NCBI GenBank assembly: GCA_964057225.1
Contig: OZ059898.1
Span: 9,920,001-9,984,000, forward strand
Length of the DNA: 64,000 nt
Direction: 5' to 3'
DNA from: Auanema rhodensis
Lineage: Eukaryota; Animalia; Nematoda
Part shown: positions 1 through 10,245 of the stretch, in pieces
Layout: the number at the start of each line of letters is the position of its first letter
Position numbering within the stretch: position 1 is the stretch's first letter
Position numbers and translations under genes: made by a program
Notes under the pieces: generated by a model
Seen by the model: only the letters and a program-made list of their open reading frames with translations
What the model was told of the DNA's origin: nothing
Database searches by the model: none

Positions 1-3000
1 TGGGTTTTGCATACAGAGCGTCGTTCACAACGATATATCGATCCATTAGTTGCCTTCCTGCTGTTTTGTTCCGAATCTTTTCTTTTGTTTCCATGATCCA
101 TTCTGTATTGCCTTGAATGGTCCGAAGGTCCGTAATAGTTGAAATAGTCGAGATTTTGTGTGTAGGAGTTTCTTTTGGTTTCTTCTTTCTTTCCTTGGCT
201 TCGTTGACTTCGTCTTCAAAATATCGTGAAAGTGCATCACATACGCTGTTAAGACGTCCTGGGCGATACACTATCTCGATGTCGTATTCTTGTAATACGA
301 TTTGAAATTTTGCTAGCCTGCCAATGAGATCTTTTCTTGTCATGAGGCTAGTAAGAGGCCTGTGATCGGTAATGATTCTTATTGGTGTGCCTAGTATGTA
401 AGTCCGAAATTGATGTACTGCGAAAGTGAGTGCTAAGGCTTCGATTTCAATTGGCGGGTAATTTCGTTCGGCTTTGTTCAGTTTTCGGCTGGCAAATGCA
501 ATTGGGTGAAGTGGTTCCTTGTCGTCTTTAGCCTGTAATAGTACTGCGCCAACTGCAATTATACTTCCATCGCTTTCAATGACGTAAGGTCGTTTTGCTA
601 TAGGTGCTTGTAGTACAGGAGCTTGACAGAGTATCTGTTTAAGTTGTTGAAATGCTTGTTCTTCTGCATCTCCCCATTTGAAAGCTGTATCCTTTTTCGT
701 GAGCTCATAAAGTGGTGACGCAATGCCTGCGGCATTTCTAATAAATCTGCGAAAGTAGTTCACAACTCCCATAAATGCTCGAACTCCTGTTATTGATTTC
801 GGTCTTGGATAATCTCGGATTGCTTTTACTTTCTGAGGGTCTGGTTTTATTCCTTCGTGTCCAACAATGAATCCTAGGAATTTGACTTCTTGTTGTCCAA
901 AGGTACATTTCTTAAGCTTGATTTTTAATCCTAGCTCTGCTGATGCGTTCAGTACTTCGTCGATATCTTGTAAATGTTTCGTCGTTGATTCCGATATGAG
1001 AAGTAGATCGTCGAGATAGACGAAGAGCTTGCATCGTACGTGTTGTTGTAAATATCGTACAGCATTTTGGAATGTGTGTGGAGCTCCGCAGAGTCCCATC
1101 GGCATTCTGCAGTATTGATAAGTTCCGCTCGTAGTAGTGAATGCGGTGAGGTGTCTATCTTCTGATCTAAGAGGGATTTGAAAGAATCCAGATACTAGAT
1201 CAAAGTTACTGAAGATACGCGCTCCGGCTGCTAGGTCCAAGATGTCTTGAATGTTAGATATAACGTAGATTTGTTTTTGCGTTATTGCGTTGAGTGCTCG
1301 AAAATCAGTCACAAATCTGTACGTTTTATCCTTTTTCTTGACCAATATTACGGGACTGGTAGTCATAGAAAAAGATGGCTCAATTATTCCTTGTTCTAAC
1401 ATTTCCTCCACTTGTTTTTCTACTTCTTCTTGTTGTGATAGAGGTATTCTGTACGTGATCTTGAAAGATGGAACTTTTCCTTCGATGATCGGGATGCTAT
1501 GTTCCACTGGTCCTTTGAAAAGTCCAATATTGCGATCCTCGTTTAAGAAAGCTTCCTTGTTTCTGAGCACTATTTTCTTTAACTGTTGTCTCTCTAGCTG
1601 AGTAAAGATGGTGTTTGTTACATCGAGGTCTTTTATAAAGTCCTCTGGGAAGTATGGTAGTTGATCTTCCCATCTTGCTTCTGGTGGCACATATTGTCCT
1701 TTTTGCTCCTCCGTGTTTTTCGGGATAGCGTAAGCTGTTCCAATGCCTTGATTTGTCTGTACTACAATTGTGTCTGGAGAGATATTTGTAGCAAATATCT
1801 GAACTCCATATCCCGTTGGGGTGAAAGTAGTAGGGGCGAAACTCATTTTTCCTGTCCGCTGTGAGCTTCTAATGAAAGCTTGTTCGTAAGAGGCGGGATC
1901 GTCTACTTCCAATGTAAGCGATCTGGTTTCTCCTGGGTAGAACTGTTTGGTTTCCAGGCTTACGACGTGTGCTATCGTGTGGTTCTCAGTCCATGGCGCG
2001 TAGTCTTGTGCTAAAGGTACTATTGTGTCTCCAATTAGTAGTGAATTTTGTAGTGGTCGTAAAGATGTATTTATTCCTATTTTGTTGAGAGCTTCTATGA
2101 AGTCTATTCCTAATAATATTGGTGCTGGGCAGTGGTTGTTGGCAGAAATCAGTACTTTGTGCTCGATTTCTGTCTTCCCGATAATAATTGGGATTCTTGT
2201 GTAGCCCAGGAAAGAAAATCGTGATTTGTTTGCTACAATGGCTGTTGTCTTTTCCATAACCATTGTTGCTGCCGGTAGTTGTTGAAATGTACTTTCCTTC
2301 ATGTATGATATAGAAGCTCCTGTGTCCCATAAAGCAGTAAAGATCTGATTGTGAATGGAGAGAGGTACGAAAGGTAGTCGTGATCCTCCGATGTAGTTAA
2401 TCCTTGATTCTTTCATAGCGTACCGTGGTAGATAGGCGAAAAAGTCATTATCTGATAGTGGGGCGTCAGGATCATATCGAGAGGTTCTTGTATATAATTT
2501 CTCTTGCTGAGAAGTGACTAGTGGTTTTAATTCGAATTGTTTGTCCTCTCCTCTTGGTTCTTCGTCTTGTTCGTTGAATGTGATTTGATTGATTGGTATC
2601 CTTGTGGTACATGCATATATTTTTAATGCCCAAATGGTAACAGTTATGAGTCCTATTGTGACGATGATTGCTCCAATAATAGCTAGTGTCCTTAGTATCC
2701 ATGCTGTAATTGATTCTCCTATGTATCCAAAGAAATTTGTGATTTGTTTCTCCGCGTTGTTTGATATGTTATCTGCTATCATTAATGTCGTTCCAACTGT
2801 TCCTCCTATAATTCCTATTGGATTCAGATTGGATAGTCCAGAATGTTTGAAGACTGGTTTCAATTTTCCTGGCATAGTTGCTTGTAAAGATGCTAGGCTA
2901 GAGCCGTAGGAAATAGCCAGTGCCATTGGAAATGTTGACTCCGTGAGGTTTGAAAATATGTTGGAATTGTTAAACTTAATGTGATCAATTTTTACAGATG

Positions 3001-6000
3001 TGAGTTCATCCGAAAATGAGAAGTTAGTCACATTCAATGTTGAATTATCTTTCATCCATTGATTGTTTTCTCTGTAGGGATCTGATGTAGCCATATCGCA
3101 TGCTATGATGTGGGCATATGGTGTTAAATCTCTTGATCCTGGTGTGATGAAGAGTTTTCCGTGATGTTCCGTGTCTACCGGTGTCTCCAGGTAACATTTA
3201 TCGTCTCGTTTGTGATCCGAGTATACACGTGTTACTTGTACAGGGGTGCATGGCATGACGTAAATAAGATGTTCTCCAACAAACTTTGCTGAAATATCCT
3301 GTCGACGAAGCATAGTGCGAATTCCTATAGTCGGATTAATCTGCAGGATTGCCCACCAGGTAAGTAGCTGCTTATTTTGCATTCTGCATACGTTTTTCTT
3401 TGTTATTTGGAAAGATTGTAAGATTTCCTCCTCTAGTTTTGACGTAGAGTATTGGAGGTGGGACCTTGTATCTTGTTGGCGTAGTTGATCGTCGTATTTT
3501 TGAATGATATCTGCTCGTGTTCGTAGGAAATTGAGGTGTGCTTGTGATCCAGTGTGAGATTTGATTTCCTCAATCGGTTGGGTCGTTGTTGCTCGCTTTG
3601 TAGTAGTCCGAGTTGTTGGAAGTGTCCTAGTAGATTCCCTGCGGGATGTGGTGGTGAGAGGACGTGGTGGTGGAGTTACTGGAGTTGTTGTACTCTGGTA
3701 ATAATAATATCTCCTTGGTGTAGTTGTAGGTTGAGGTGGAGACGTCCGATGAGTAGTAGTTGTCGGGGCAGCTGTTGTGGTAGTCGATGTAGTGGTTGTG
3801 GTGGTTGTAGTAGTGGTGGTTGTGGGGCTAGCACCAGGTGACTCAATGAGCTGAAGATATGCTTGTTGAAATAATTTGCTGTCTTCATCCGTGATAGGTC
3901 TGATTGTAGGTTGATTTTTGGGCAACCCATAATTTTGTGCGTGTCCGTTGAAGATGAGGGTATAGTTGGGAAAGACGATTGCTGACGAATTTGCCTGTTT
4001 TGTGAGATCTGCCCATTTCTTATTTTCTGTCTCTCTTTGTTCTTTTGATATCCGAGTTAGACGATTGTTTTGCTCTAGATAATCAAGAAACTCCTGTATT
4101 TGATCCATCTGGGTGTAGAACTGTGTGTCAGTGCGTGATCTAGGCAGTTTTGTCATCCTGGGTGGGTACAGTTGGTACAGATAGTCCTCCATTGATGGAA
4201 TAGTCTCTCCTGTTGCCAGAGTGGTAGGTGTATGAGCTATTTCAATTGCTATTTGTCTTGCTCGGTCGAGATAATCGCCTTCGTAGTTGAGTAGACGTGT
4301 GGCAAAGTCGCTGATAGTGATTTGCTTGCTGAGTTTTGCCGTGATCTCTGATGGTAGTAGGTGTTCGATGGCAATTTTCGTAGAAAGTCGAATCTCGGCT
4401 TCTGCAAGTGTGTGCAGGATAACCATGTTGATGTCAGTGTAGTTGTGCCATAAGAGTCGGTTCTTCAGTTTTGATGAATCTAGTTGTAGGAATTTGATGA
4501 AACCTATGTGTACGCTAGATGTCTTGAGGTATTCCATAAGGTTATAAGCGTTGTCCAGTCTTTTCCTATTTCGATATGTCTGGTACATAGGTAGTATACC
4601 TGTAGAACTGTCTGTGAGGCGAAGTGATTTGTAGATAGTGATATTGAAGAATCTCGTAGGGTATTCTTGGGGTGCCATCCTCTTTTGACGTCGGTGTGTT
4701 TTTAAATCCTTGATGGAAATGTACGTACCACTATCAGTTGAGTAGATGCTTGTATTCATACATCTTGTAGCTGTAGGGTCTGGCGTGTTGTTTTTGAGAA
4801 TGAATGCTCCTTGTATTTCCGAGATTAATACAGTATCATTGTTGATTAGTGCTTCGAATTTCCCTAATGTCGTGTAGTCGCAATTTCGATGATCATTGGG
4901 TGGGATCCATGTGATAACTGCGTTGGTGGTGTTGCATACTTCTTGTTGCTTAGTGCATCCTTCAGTGTTGATGAATAAGTCGGAGATTATAGTGTCATCG
5001 TGTAGGCTAGTCATCATTCCTCTTTCTAAGGTGAATCTTGACTTGGTTGTGCAAGAGGATGCCCAAAGCGATTTTGATTGTGTATTAGATGGCATAGGGG
5101 CTTTGAATAGTCCTGGTGCTTCGCGATTGAGGTCGTTATCCATGTGTCGTCTTTCTTGAATGGCTGTTTGGCATTCTTGTGGAGTGGCTGGTTCTATTCG
5201 GAGTAATGTAACGTTATTTTCCCTGATGAAGAATAAGTCGTGGGCGCACGTTTCATAGATTTCCTTGGCGCATTTCCATGCTTCCCATTCCTTGTAACTC
5301 ATATTTTCTGCGAATAGTTCCACTGTTTTTATCTCAACTCCGTCCTTGTGTGCATAGTCTGAGCAGGTGGTTGGGCGAGGTGGTTCGAGGAAAATACCTC
5401 CTCGTTTGCCAATGCAGAGTTGATAGGTGTTGTCTGCCTGGCAAGGTATCATAGATAGGGCGATGACGGATAAGAATAGCGGTATGAACGGAAGTGTCTT
5501 CTTTGTTTTGACTGTTTCCTTTTCTACTTTGTTAACGTGAAAACGGACACTGGGGCTTCTTGTGCGATCTCTGTGCCTGTTATGTGGTCCATATGTAGTG
5601 CTGCGATTTCGTTGTTGAAATCCGCGATCAGGACAGTTTCCGCGGTTGTATCGGTCGTTTCCTCTGTGCTCCTGTCGATCATTCCTTCTGCTATCATATC
5701 GATCGTTTCCTCTGCTGTTGTATCGATCATTGTATCTATCGTACCGTTGGGGGCTACGATAATTGTTGTATCCTCGTTGATATCCATTGTTTCTGTTATC
5801 CTGTCTGAAGTTGTGACGGTTATTTTGTCGATCCTCTTGGTATCTTGGTGAGCGGTATCCTCCTCTTCTTTGATTCCATTGCTCTTGTGGGTGTTGTGGT
5901 CTTGATTGATTTCCATAGAATGTTCTTGATTGGTGTGTTTGTGATCCGTCATAGATTTTCTCCTGTTGTGATGTTCTCATGTGGTTTATGAGACCGTTAT

Positions 6001-7153
6001 TAATCTCTAGTTGTTCCACGTCTTTAATCAAGTTGTTGACCAAGAGCGAAGGATCCTCGTCAGCTTCCACAGTTTCGGCAATAGTCACGGCTGCATCAAA
6101 GGTGATAGGGCTGCGGTTATTGACATGTGTTCTTAAAGTCTTTCGTAGTCCTCCTAAGAATGAAACTCGTAGTATTCTTTCATCGGCTGTCGAGTCCATG
6201 TTGCATGATTCATAGGCAAGGTTTCTGCAGCGTTGAGCAAAATTTTGTACCGTTTCGTGCTCTCCTTGTTTCAAATGAGTGAGTTTTGTGAATGCTGCAT
6301 CTCTCTTTTCTGGAGGTTGTAATTTCTCCGATAGTATGCGTTTGACGTGGTTCCATCCCTGGCGTAAGTCTTCTGCTGGTATAGTTCGAAGAGCTTCAGC
6401 GGCTCTATCCGTTCCGAGAAGTAGATAGAGATGGGAAAGTCTCTCGGCAATAGGGACTTGAAGGGCATCGAAATATCCTTCTAGTCTTTGCATGTAGAGG
6501 TTGAATGGAACCGATCCATCATAAAGCGTAGGTTTGTGATGGCGAATAGAAACGTTGTGGGCTCTTGCAATAGGAGAGTTGTCTTGCTCCATCTGCTCTG
6601 CCATTTGAGGGCGACTTCTCTGCTCTGTAACATTCGAAGTCAAATTTACGTTATTGTCTGACGAAGAAGAGACAGGAGACAGAGAGTGCCCGTGCAAAGA
6701 TTGATCAGTGGAAGAGGGAGAGTTTCTAGGAATAGGAGAGTTGAGGATTTCCGCATTTGCGGTTTGAACAAGGCGTTGAGGAGAAGTGTGATTTGGAGGA
6801 CAAGTGTTAGTGCCGGTATTAACAACTGTTTTTGGAGAGTGAGAAGAGCGTTTGGGCGTAGACTTACTGGATGATGCTTTATTCTTATTCAAGCTAATTG
6901 CATGCCTAGTAGTTTTAATAGCAGTAGTATAAAGTTTCTTAGCAGTTAGCGGTGTACCCGGAATAGGGGGTAATTTCTTTGATTTCGCGTTCGTTTTCGG
7001 ATATTTCGCATCTGGTCGGAATGCATCCGGTGGTCCTCTTTTTCTTTGGTTTCTATGCAGTGCTGCTTCCACTGTCTGAGTATTCTCTGCGCTATTCGTA
7101 GCATTTTGGGCAATATTTCCCGGCGGAGGGTTTTGATTCGCTGCGTCAGCCAT
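1..7153 (-). CDS. Gag-Env-protease-RT-RNaseH(-IN) single polyprotein, >2380 aa, truncated by window edge
   Basis: ATG at 7153 after in-frame TAA TAA (MADAANQNPPPG...). Same frame gives Gag KPTLYDGSVPF (~6535), internal signal sequence then TYQLC (~5500-5415), furin-like RQKR (4690-4679), TM segment RTLAIIGAIIVTIGLITVTIWALKIY (~2690-2615), DTG (2326) and YLDD. The ORF track lists no closed ORF in this frame, consistent with no stop before base 1. Confidence 0.9.
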   Translation of the reverse strand, partial: MADAANQNPPPGNIAQNATNSAENTQTVEAALHRNQRKRGPPDAFRPDAKYPKTNAKSKKLPPIPGTPLTAKKLYTTAIKTTRHAISLNKNKASSSKSTPKRSSHSPKTVVNTGTNTCPPNHTSPQRLVQTANAEILNSPIPRNSPSSTDQSLHGHSLSPVSSSSDNNVNLTSNVTEQRSRPQMAEQMEQDNSPIARAHNVSIRHHKPTLYDGSVPFNLYMQRLEGYFDALQVPIAERLSHLYLLLGTDRAAEALRTIPAEDLRQGWNHVKRILSEKLQPPEKRDAAFTKLTHLKQGEHETVQNFAQRCRNLAYESCNMDSTADERILRVSFLGGLRKTLRTHVNNRSPITFDAAVTIAETVEADEDPSLLVNNLIKDVEQLEINNGLINHMRTSQQEKIYDGSQTHQSRTFYGNQSRPQHPQEQWNQRRGGYRSPRYQEDRQNNRHNFRQDNRNNGYQRGYNNYRSPQRYDRYNDRYNSRGNDRYDSRRNDRQEHRGNDRYNRGNCPDRGFQQRNRSTTYGPHNRHRDRTRSPSVRFHVNKVEKETVKTKKTLPFIPLFLSVIALSMIPCQADNTYQLCIGKRGGIFLEPPRPTTCSDYAHKDGVEIKTVELFAENMSYKEWEAWKCAKEIYETCAHDLFFIRENNVTLLRIEPATPQECQTAIQERRHMDNDLNREAPGLFKAPMPSNTQSKSLWASSCTTKSRFTLERGMMTSLHDDTIISDLFINTEGCTKQQEVCNTTNAVITWIPPNDHRNCDYTTLGKFEALINNDTVLISEIQGAFILKNNTPDPTATRCMNTSIYSTDSGTYISIKDLKTHRRQKRMAPQEYPTRFFNITIYKSLRLTDSSTGILPMYQTYRNRKRLDNAYNLMEYLKTSSVHIGFIKFLQLDSSKLKNRLLWHNYTDINMVILHTLAEAEIRLSTKIAIEHLLPSEITAKLSKQITISDFATRLLNYEGDYLDRARQIAIEIAHTPTTLATGETIPSMEDYLYQLYPPRMTKLPRSRTDTQFYTQMDQIQEFLDYLEQNNRLTRISKEQRETENKKWADLTKQANSSAIVFPNYTLIFNGHAQNYGLPKNQPTIRPITDEDSKLFQQAYLQLIESPGASPTTTTTTTTTTTTSTTTTAAPTTTTHRTSPPQPTTTPRRYYYYQSTTTPVTPPPRPLTTTSRRESTRTLPTTRTTTKRATTTQPIEEIKSHTGSQAHLNFLRTRADIIQKYDDQLRQQDTRSHLQYSTSKLEEEILQSFQITKKNVCRMQNKQLLTWWAILQINPTIGIRTMLRRQDISAKFVGEHLIYVMPCTPVQVTRVYSDHKRDDKCYLETPVDTEHHGKLFITPGSRDLTPYAHIIACDMATSDPYRENNQWMKDNSTLNVTNFSFSDELTSVKIDHIKFNNSNIFSNLTESTFPMALAISYGSSLASLQATMPGKLKPVFKHSGLSNLNPIGIIGGTVGTTLMIADNISNNAEKQITNFFGYIGESITAWILRTLAIIGAIIVTIGLITVTIWALKIYACTTRIPINQITFNEQDEEPRGEDKQFELKPLVTSQQEKLYTRTSRYDPDAPLSDNDFFAYLPRYAMKESRINYIGGSRLPFVPLSIHNQIFTALWDTGASISYMKESTFQQLPAATMVMEKTTAIVANKSRFSFLGYTRIPIIIGKTEIEHKVLISANNHCPAPILLGIDFIEALNKIGINTSLRPLQNSLLIGDTIVPLAQDYAPWTENHTIAHVVSLETKQFYPGETRSLTLEVDDPASYEQAFIRSSQRTGKMSFAPTTFTPTGYGVQIFATNISPDTIVVQTNQGIGTAYAIPKNTEEQKGQYVPPEARWEDQLPYFPEDFIKDLDVTNTIFTQLERQQLKKIVLRNKEAFLNEDRNIGLFKGPVEHSIPIIEGKVPSFKITYRIPLSQQEEVEKQVEEMLEQGIIEPSFSMTTSPVILVKKKDKTYRFVTDFRALNAITQKQIYVISNIQDILDLAAGARIFSNFDLVSGFFQIPLRSEDRHLTAFTTTSGTYQYCRMPMGLCGAPHTFQNAVRYLQQHVRCKLFVYLDDLLLISESTTKHLQDIDEVLNASAELGLKIKLKKCTFGQQEVKFLGFIVGHEGIKPDPQKVKAIRDYPRPKSITGVRAFMGVVNYFRRFIRNAAGIASPLYELTKKDTAFKWGDAEEQAFQQLKQILCQAPVLQAPIAKRPYVIESDGSIIAVGAVLLQAKDDKEPLHPIAFASRKLNKAERNYPPIEIEALALTFAVHQFRTYILGTPIRIITDHRPLTSLMTRKDLIGRLAKFQIVLQEYDIEIVYRPGRLNSVCDALSRYFEDEVNEAKERKKKPKETPTHKISTISTITDLRTIQGNTEWIMETKEKIRNKTAGRQLMDRYIVVNDALYAKP

Positions 7154-8257
7154 CTTTGTTGGTTTCCTGGAAGGAAATTATTAACCAACGAAGACTGAGC
7201 TTATATACAAAACGTAAGAGACAATATGGGGTTGGTATGCGCGACTCCTGTTCCTGTCAGGGGGCCAGCCTGCAGCGGGTCTCTAGTCGGAGAATAGCCT
7301 GGTCAGGTTCATACACGAGTCCGCAACTACGTGTGACCTTTAGCAAAGGACCAAGTTCTTATCTCTCGAAGAGGCATGAGATATGAGACAGTGGTCTGTG
7401 TATTGCTCCTTTTCAGTCATGGACAAGATCAGGTACACAGGCTTCTCATACTCACTTTTCCAGACTTCTCTTACCTAAGCAAACCCCCAAAAAGACGTTC
7501 CCTTTTAACGTTACTTCTGTTCCCCTGGGTCTTGCTAGGTGGGACCACTCAACTTCAAAATATTCTTTAATTCTCATATGGGACCAAAAAGGGTTAATTT
7601 CAAATGATTGCGCGTCTTATATCAAAAAGTGTACGCCTCCGCGCGATGTCCCGAGAATGTCTGGTATTGTTTCTTACGGGGCTTTCTCATAAAAATGCGT
7701 TAGATATCAAGAATAGTAGTTTTGTTTATGAATCAATGTTTTCAGAATGATTTATGAATAGATTTTCAAAATTAGCTTGTGATAAGAAGTTTTCAAGATG
7801 ACTTATGGGTAAGTGTTGCAATATGAATAAATGTCTTTAAGATATTTCATGAATTGATAGTTTTTAATATTATTCGTGGTTAAATATTTTGATATGCTTG
7901 TTCCAAAAGAGTTTTTATGCATTATATGCTTTAAACATACAGGAAAGTAGAGGAATAAAGTAGGAATATAGATTGTAATAGATAATATGTGTAAGACATT
8001 ATTTTTTTTCAAATAGATATATCAGAAATGATGTTAGAAGAATGATTTAGAGATAAATTCGAATTACTAGATTAAATTGAAATTTTTGTTTTAGATACAA
8101 AATTGACTTGAAAGTTTGAAATATAAAATTTAATTAGAATTTTTGGATATGAAATCAAGATAAATTTTTAGAGTAAAAAGGATTTCAAAGAAAGAGAAAG
8201 TAATTTAAAGGTGAGAAAAGTAGCGGCAATGGTCCATAGAGATTCGTCCCTTATAGA

Positions 8258-8278
8258 CGAATCTCGGTGGAACCTCCA
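8258..8278 (-). promoter_or_regulatory. Primer-binding site complementary to tRNA-Gln 3' end
   Basis: Minus strand reads TGGAGGTTCCACCGAGATTCG directly after the LTR end; complementary to ...CGAATCTCGGTGGAACCT-CCA of eukaryotic tRNA-Gln. Confidence 0.88.
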
Positions 8279-8618
8279 CGTTCCATATTGGTTCCTAGGG
8301 TTCCGGCTAGGTAACCATATGGACTTTAATAGTGTGAATGCCATTGTAAAAGTAACAGAGAGTAGAGAAAAAGAAGTTTATTCAGAATATGGAAATACAA
8401 TTATAAAAGCAAAAATACAATAATCAAATAAATGAAACTACATGTTATGAGAAAGCCAACCTAGTTGCTTTCTCAGGGGTTTATATAGCAAAATATTAAT
8501 TACAAATATAATTGAATTTATACAAAAAGTAGTTCAGGTCTAGTTTCTTATTGAATTCTATTAACCAAAAGTCGGTTGACGTTGTCAACCGCCTTCTTTA
8601 TAAGACACGTATGGAACA
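8279..8618 (-). repeat. 5' LTR of element 1 (340 bp, TG...CG)
   Basis: Minus strand TGTTCCATA...TATGGAACG terminal inverted repeat; TATATAAA (8487-8480); AATAAA (8382-8377); bounded by the PBS and by satellite. Partner LTR is outside the window. Confidence 0.85.
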
Positions 8619-9540
8619 CTACTATTAACTGATTGTCGGCTAAAATATGGTAACAGTTTTTATAAAAAGTTTCCATGATTAGGATTAAACAAAAAAAAAA
8701 ATTAAAGAGAAACACTTTTTGTTTACTTATTTGATTATAATACTTGAAATTCCAAAAACAGTAGAATAAAATTGAGAAATCGACAAAAACAGTTGAACGA
8801 TTTGAAGAGAATTGTAAGTTTTAGAAAAGAATTAAAGTTCAGCTATCTCTACTATTAACTGACTATCGGCTAGAATAAGGTAACAGTTTTTATTGAAAGT
8901 TTCCATGATTAAGATTGAACAAAAAAAAAATTAGAGAGAAACACTTCTTGTTTACTTACTTGATTATAATACTTGAAATTCCAAAAACAGTAAAATAAAA
9001 TTGAGAAAGCGACAAAAACAGTTGAACGATTTGAAGACAATTGTAAGTTTAAGAAAAGAATTAAAGTTTAGCTTTGTCTACTATTAACTGATTATCGGCT
9101 GAAATATGGTGACAGTTTTTTTTTAAAAGTTTCCATGATTAAGATTAAACAAAGAAAAAAAAATCAAAGAGAAACACTTCTTGTTTACTAATTTGATTAT
9201 AACACTTGAAATTCCAACAAAAGTAAAGTAAAACTGTTAAAGCGAGTAAAACTGTTGAACAATTTGAAGACAATTGTAAGTTGAAAAAAAAAATTAAAGT
9301 TTAGCTCTCTCTACTATCAACTGAATGTCGGCTAAAATATGATAACAGTTTTTATCAAAAGTTTCCATGATTAAGATTAAACAAAGAAAAAAATCAAAGA
9401 GAAACACTTCTTGTTTACTAATTTGATTATAACACTTGAAATTCCAACAAAAGTAAAATAAAACTGTGAAAGCGGGTAAAACTGTTGAACTAAAACAGTC
9501 TTTATAAAATATAAATGATATATTTTTATAAAAGTGAAGT

Positions 9541-9611
9541 TGCATCGTCCGGGACTCGAACCCGGGTCGCCCGCGTGGCAGGCGAGCATTCTACCACTGA
9601 ACCACCGATGC
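9541..9611 (-). tRNA. tRNA-Gly(GCC), variant B (G7.A66 mismatch, U59G)
   Basis: GCATCGGTGGTTCAGTGGTAGAATGCTCGCCTGCCACGCGGGCGACCCGGGTTCGAGTCCCGGACGATGCA; T4 terminator just downstream. Confidence 0.85.
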
Positions 9612-10174
9612 TTCGAAAATGTTAGATTGTTTCCGAAAAATTATGAAAAGTCAAGTTCTACTGATTTGAAGAGAATTGTAAGTTTTAGAAAAGAATTAAA
9701 GTTCAGCTATCTCTACTATTAACTGATTATCGGCTAAAATAAGATAACAGTTTTTATTGAAAGTTTCCATGATTAAGATTAAACAAAGAAAAAAAATCAA
9801 AGAGAAACACTTCTTGTTTACTTATTTGATTATAATACTTGAAATTCCAAAAACAGTAAAATAAAATTGAAAAAGCGACAAAAACAGTTGAACGATTTGA
9901 AGACAATTGTAAGTTGAAGAATAAAATTGAAGTTTAGCTCTCTCTACTATTAACTGAATGTCGGCTAAAATATGGTAACAGTTTTTATTAAAAGTTTCCA
10001 TGATTAAGATTAAACAAAGAAAAAAAATCAAAGAGAAACACTTCTTGTTTACTAATTTGATTATAACACTTGAAATTCCAAAAAAAGTAAAATAAAACTG
10101 TGAAAGCGGGTAAAACTGTTGAACTAAAACAGTCTTTATAAAATATAAATGATATATTTTTATAAAAGTGAAGT

Positions 10175-10245
10175 TGCATCGGCCGGGAATCGAACCCGGG
10201 TCGCCCGCGTGGCAGGCGAGCATTCTACCACTGAACCACCGATGC
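10175..10245 (-). tRNA. tRNA-Gly(GCC)
   Basis: Canonical copy GCATCGGTGGTTCAGTGGTAGAATGCTCGCCTGCCACGCGGGCGACCCGGGTTCGATTCCCGGCCGATGCA; full cloverleaf, A and B boxes. Confidence 0.95.

Larger units (their letters stand above)
1..8618 (-). mobile_element. Ty3/gypsy (Metaviridae) LTR retroelement with gag-env-pro-pol order, element 1; 3' part beyond the left edge
   Basis: 5' LTR 8279-8618, tRNA-Gln PBS 8258-8278, and one long minus-strand ORF with Gag, glycoprotein, protease (LWDTGAS), RT (YLDD at 1018-1007) and RNase H. Protein is co-linear and homologous with element 2. Confidence 0.95.

Noticed and set aside
46-7570. Short ORFs listed over element 1, and minus-strand ORFs over element 2
   Set aside because: Antisense or alternate-frame shadows of the polyprotein frame.
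9491-9662. tRNA-derived SINE interpretation of the 172-bp module
   Set aside because: It is a complete tRNA with no SINE body, tail or TSD, and always sits at the same monomer position, so it was amplified with the array.
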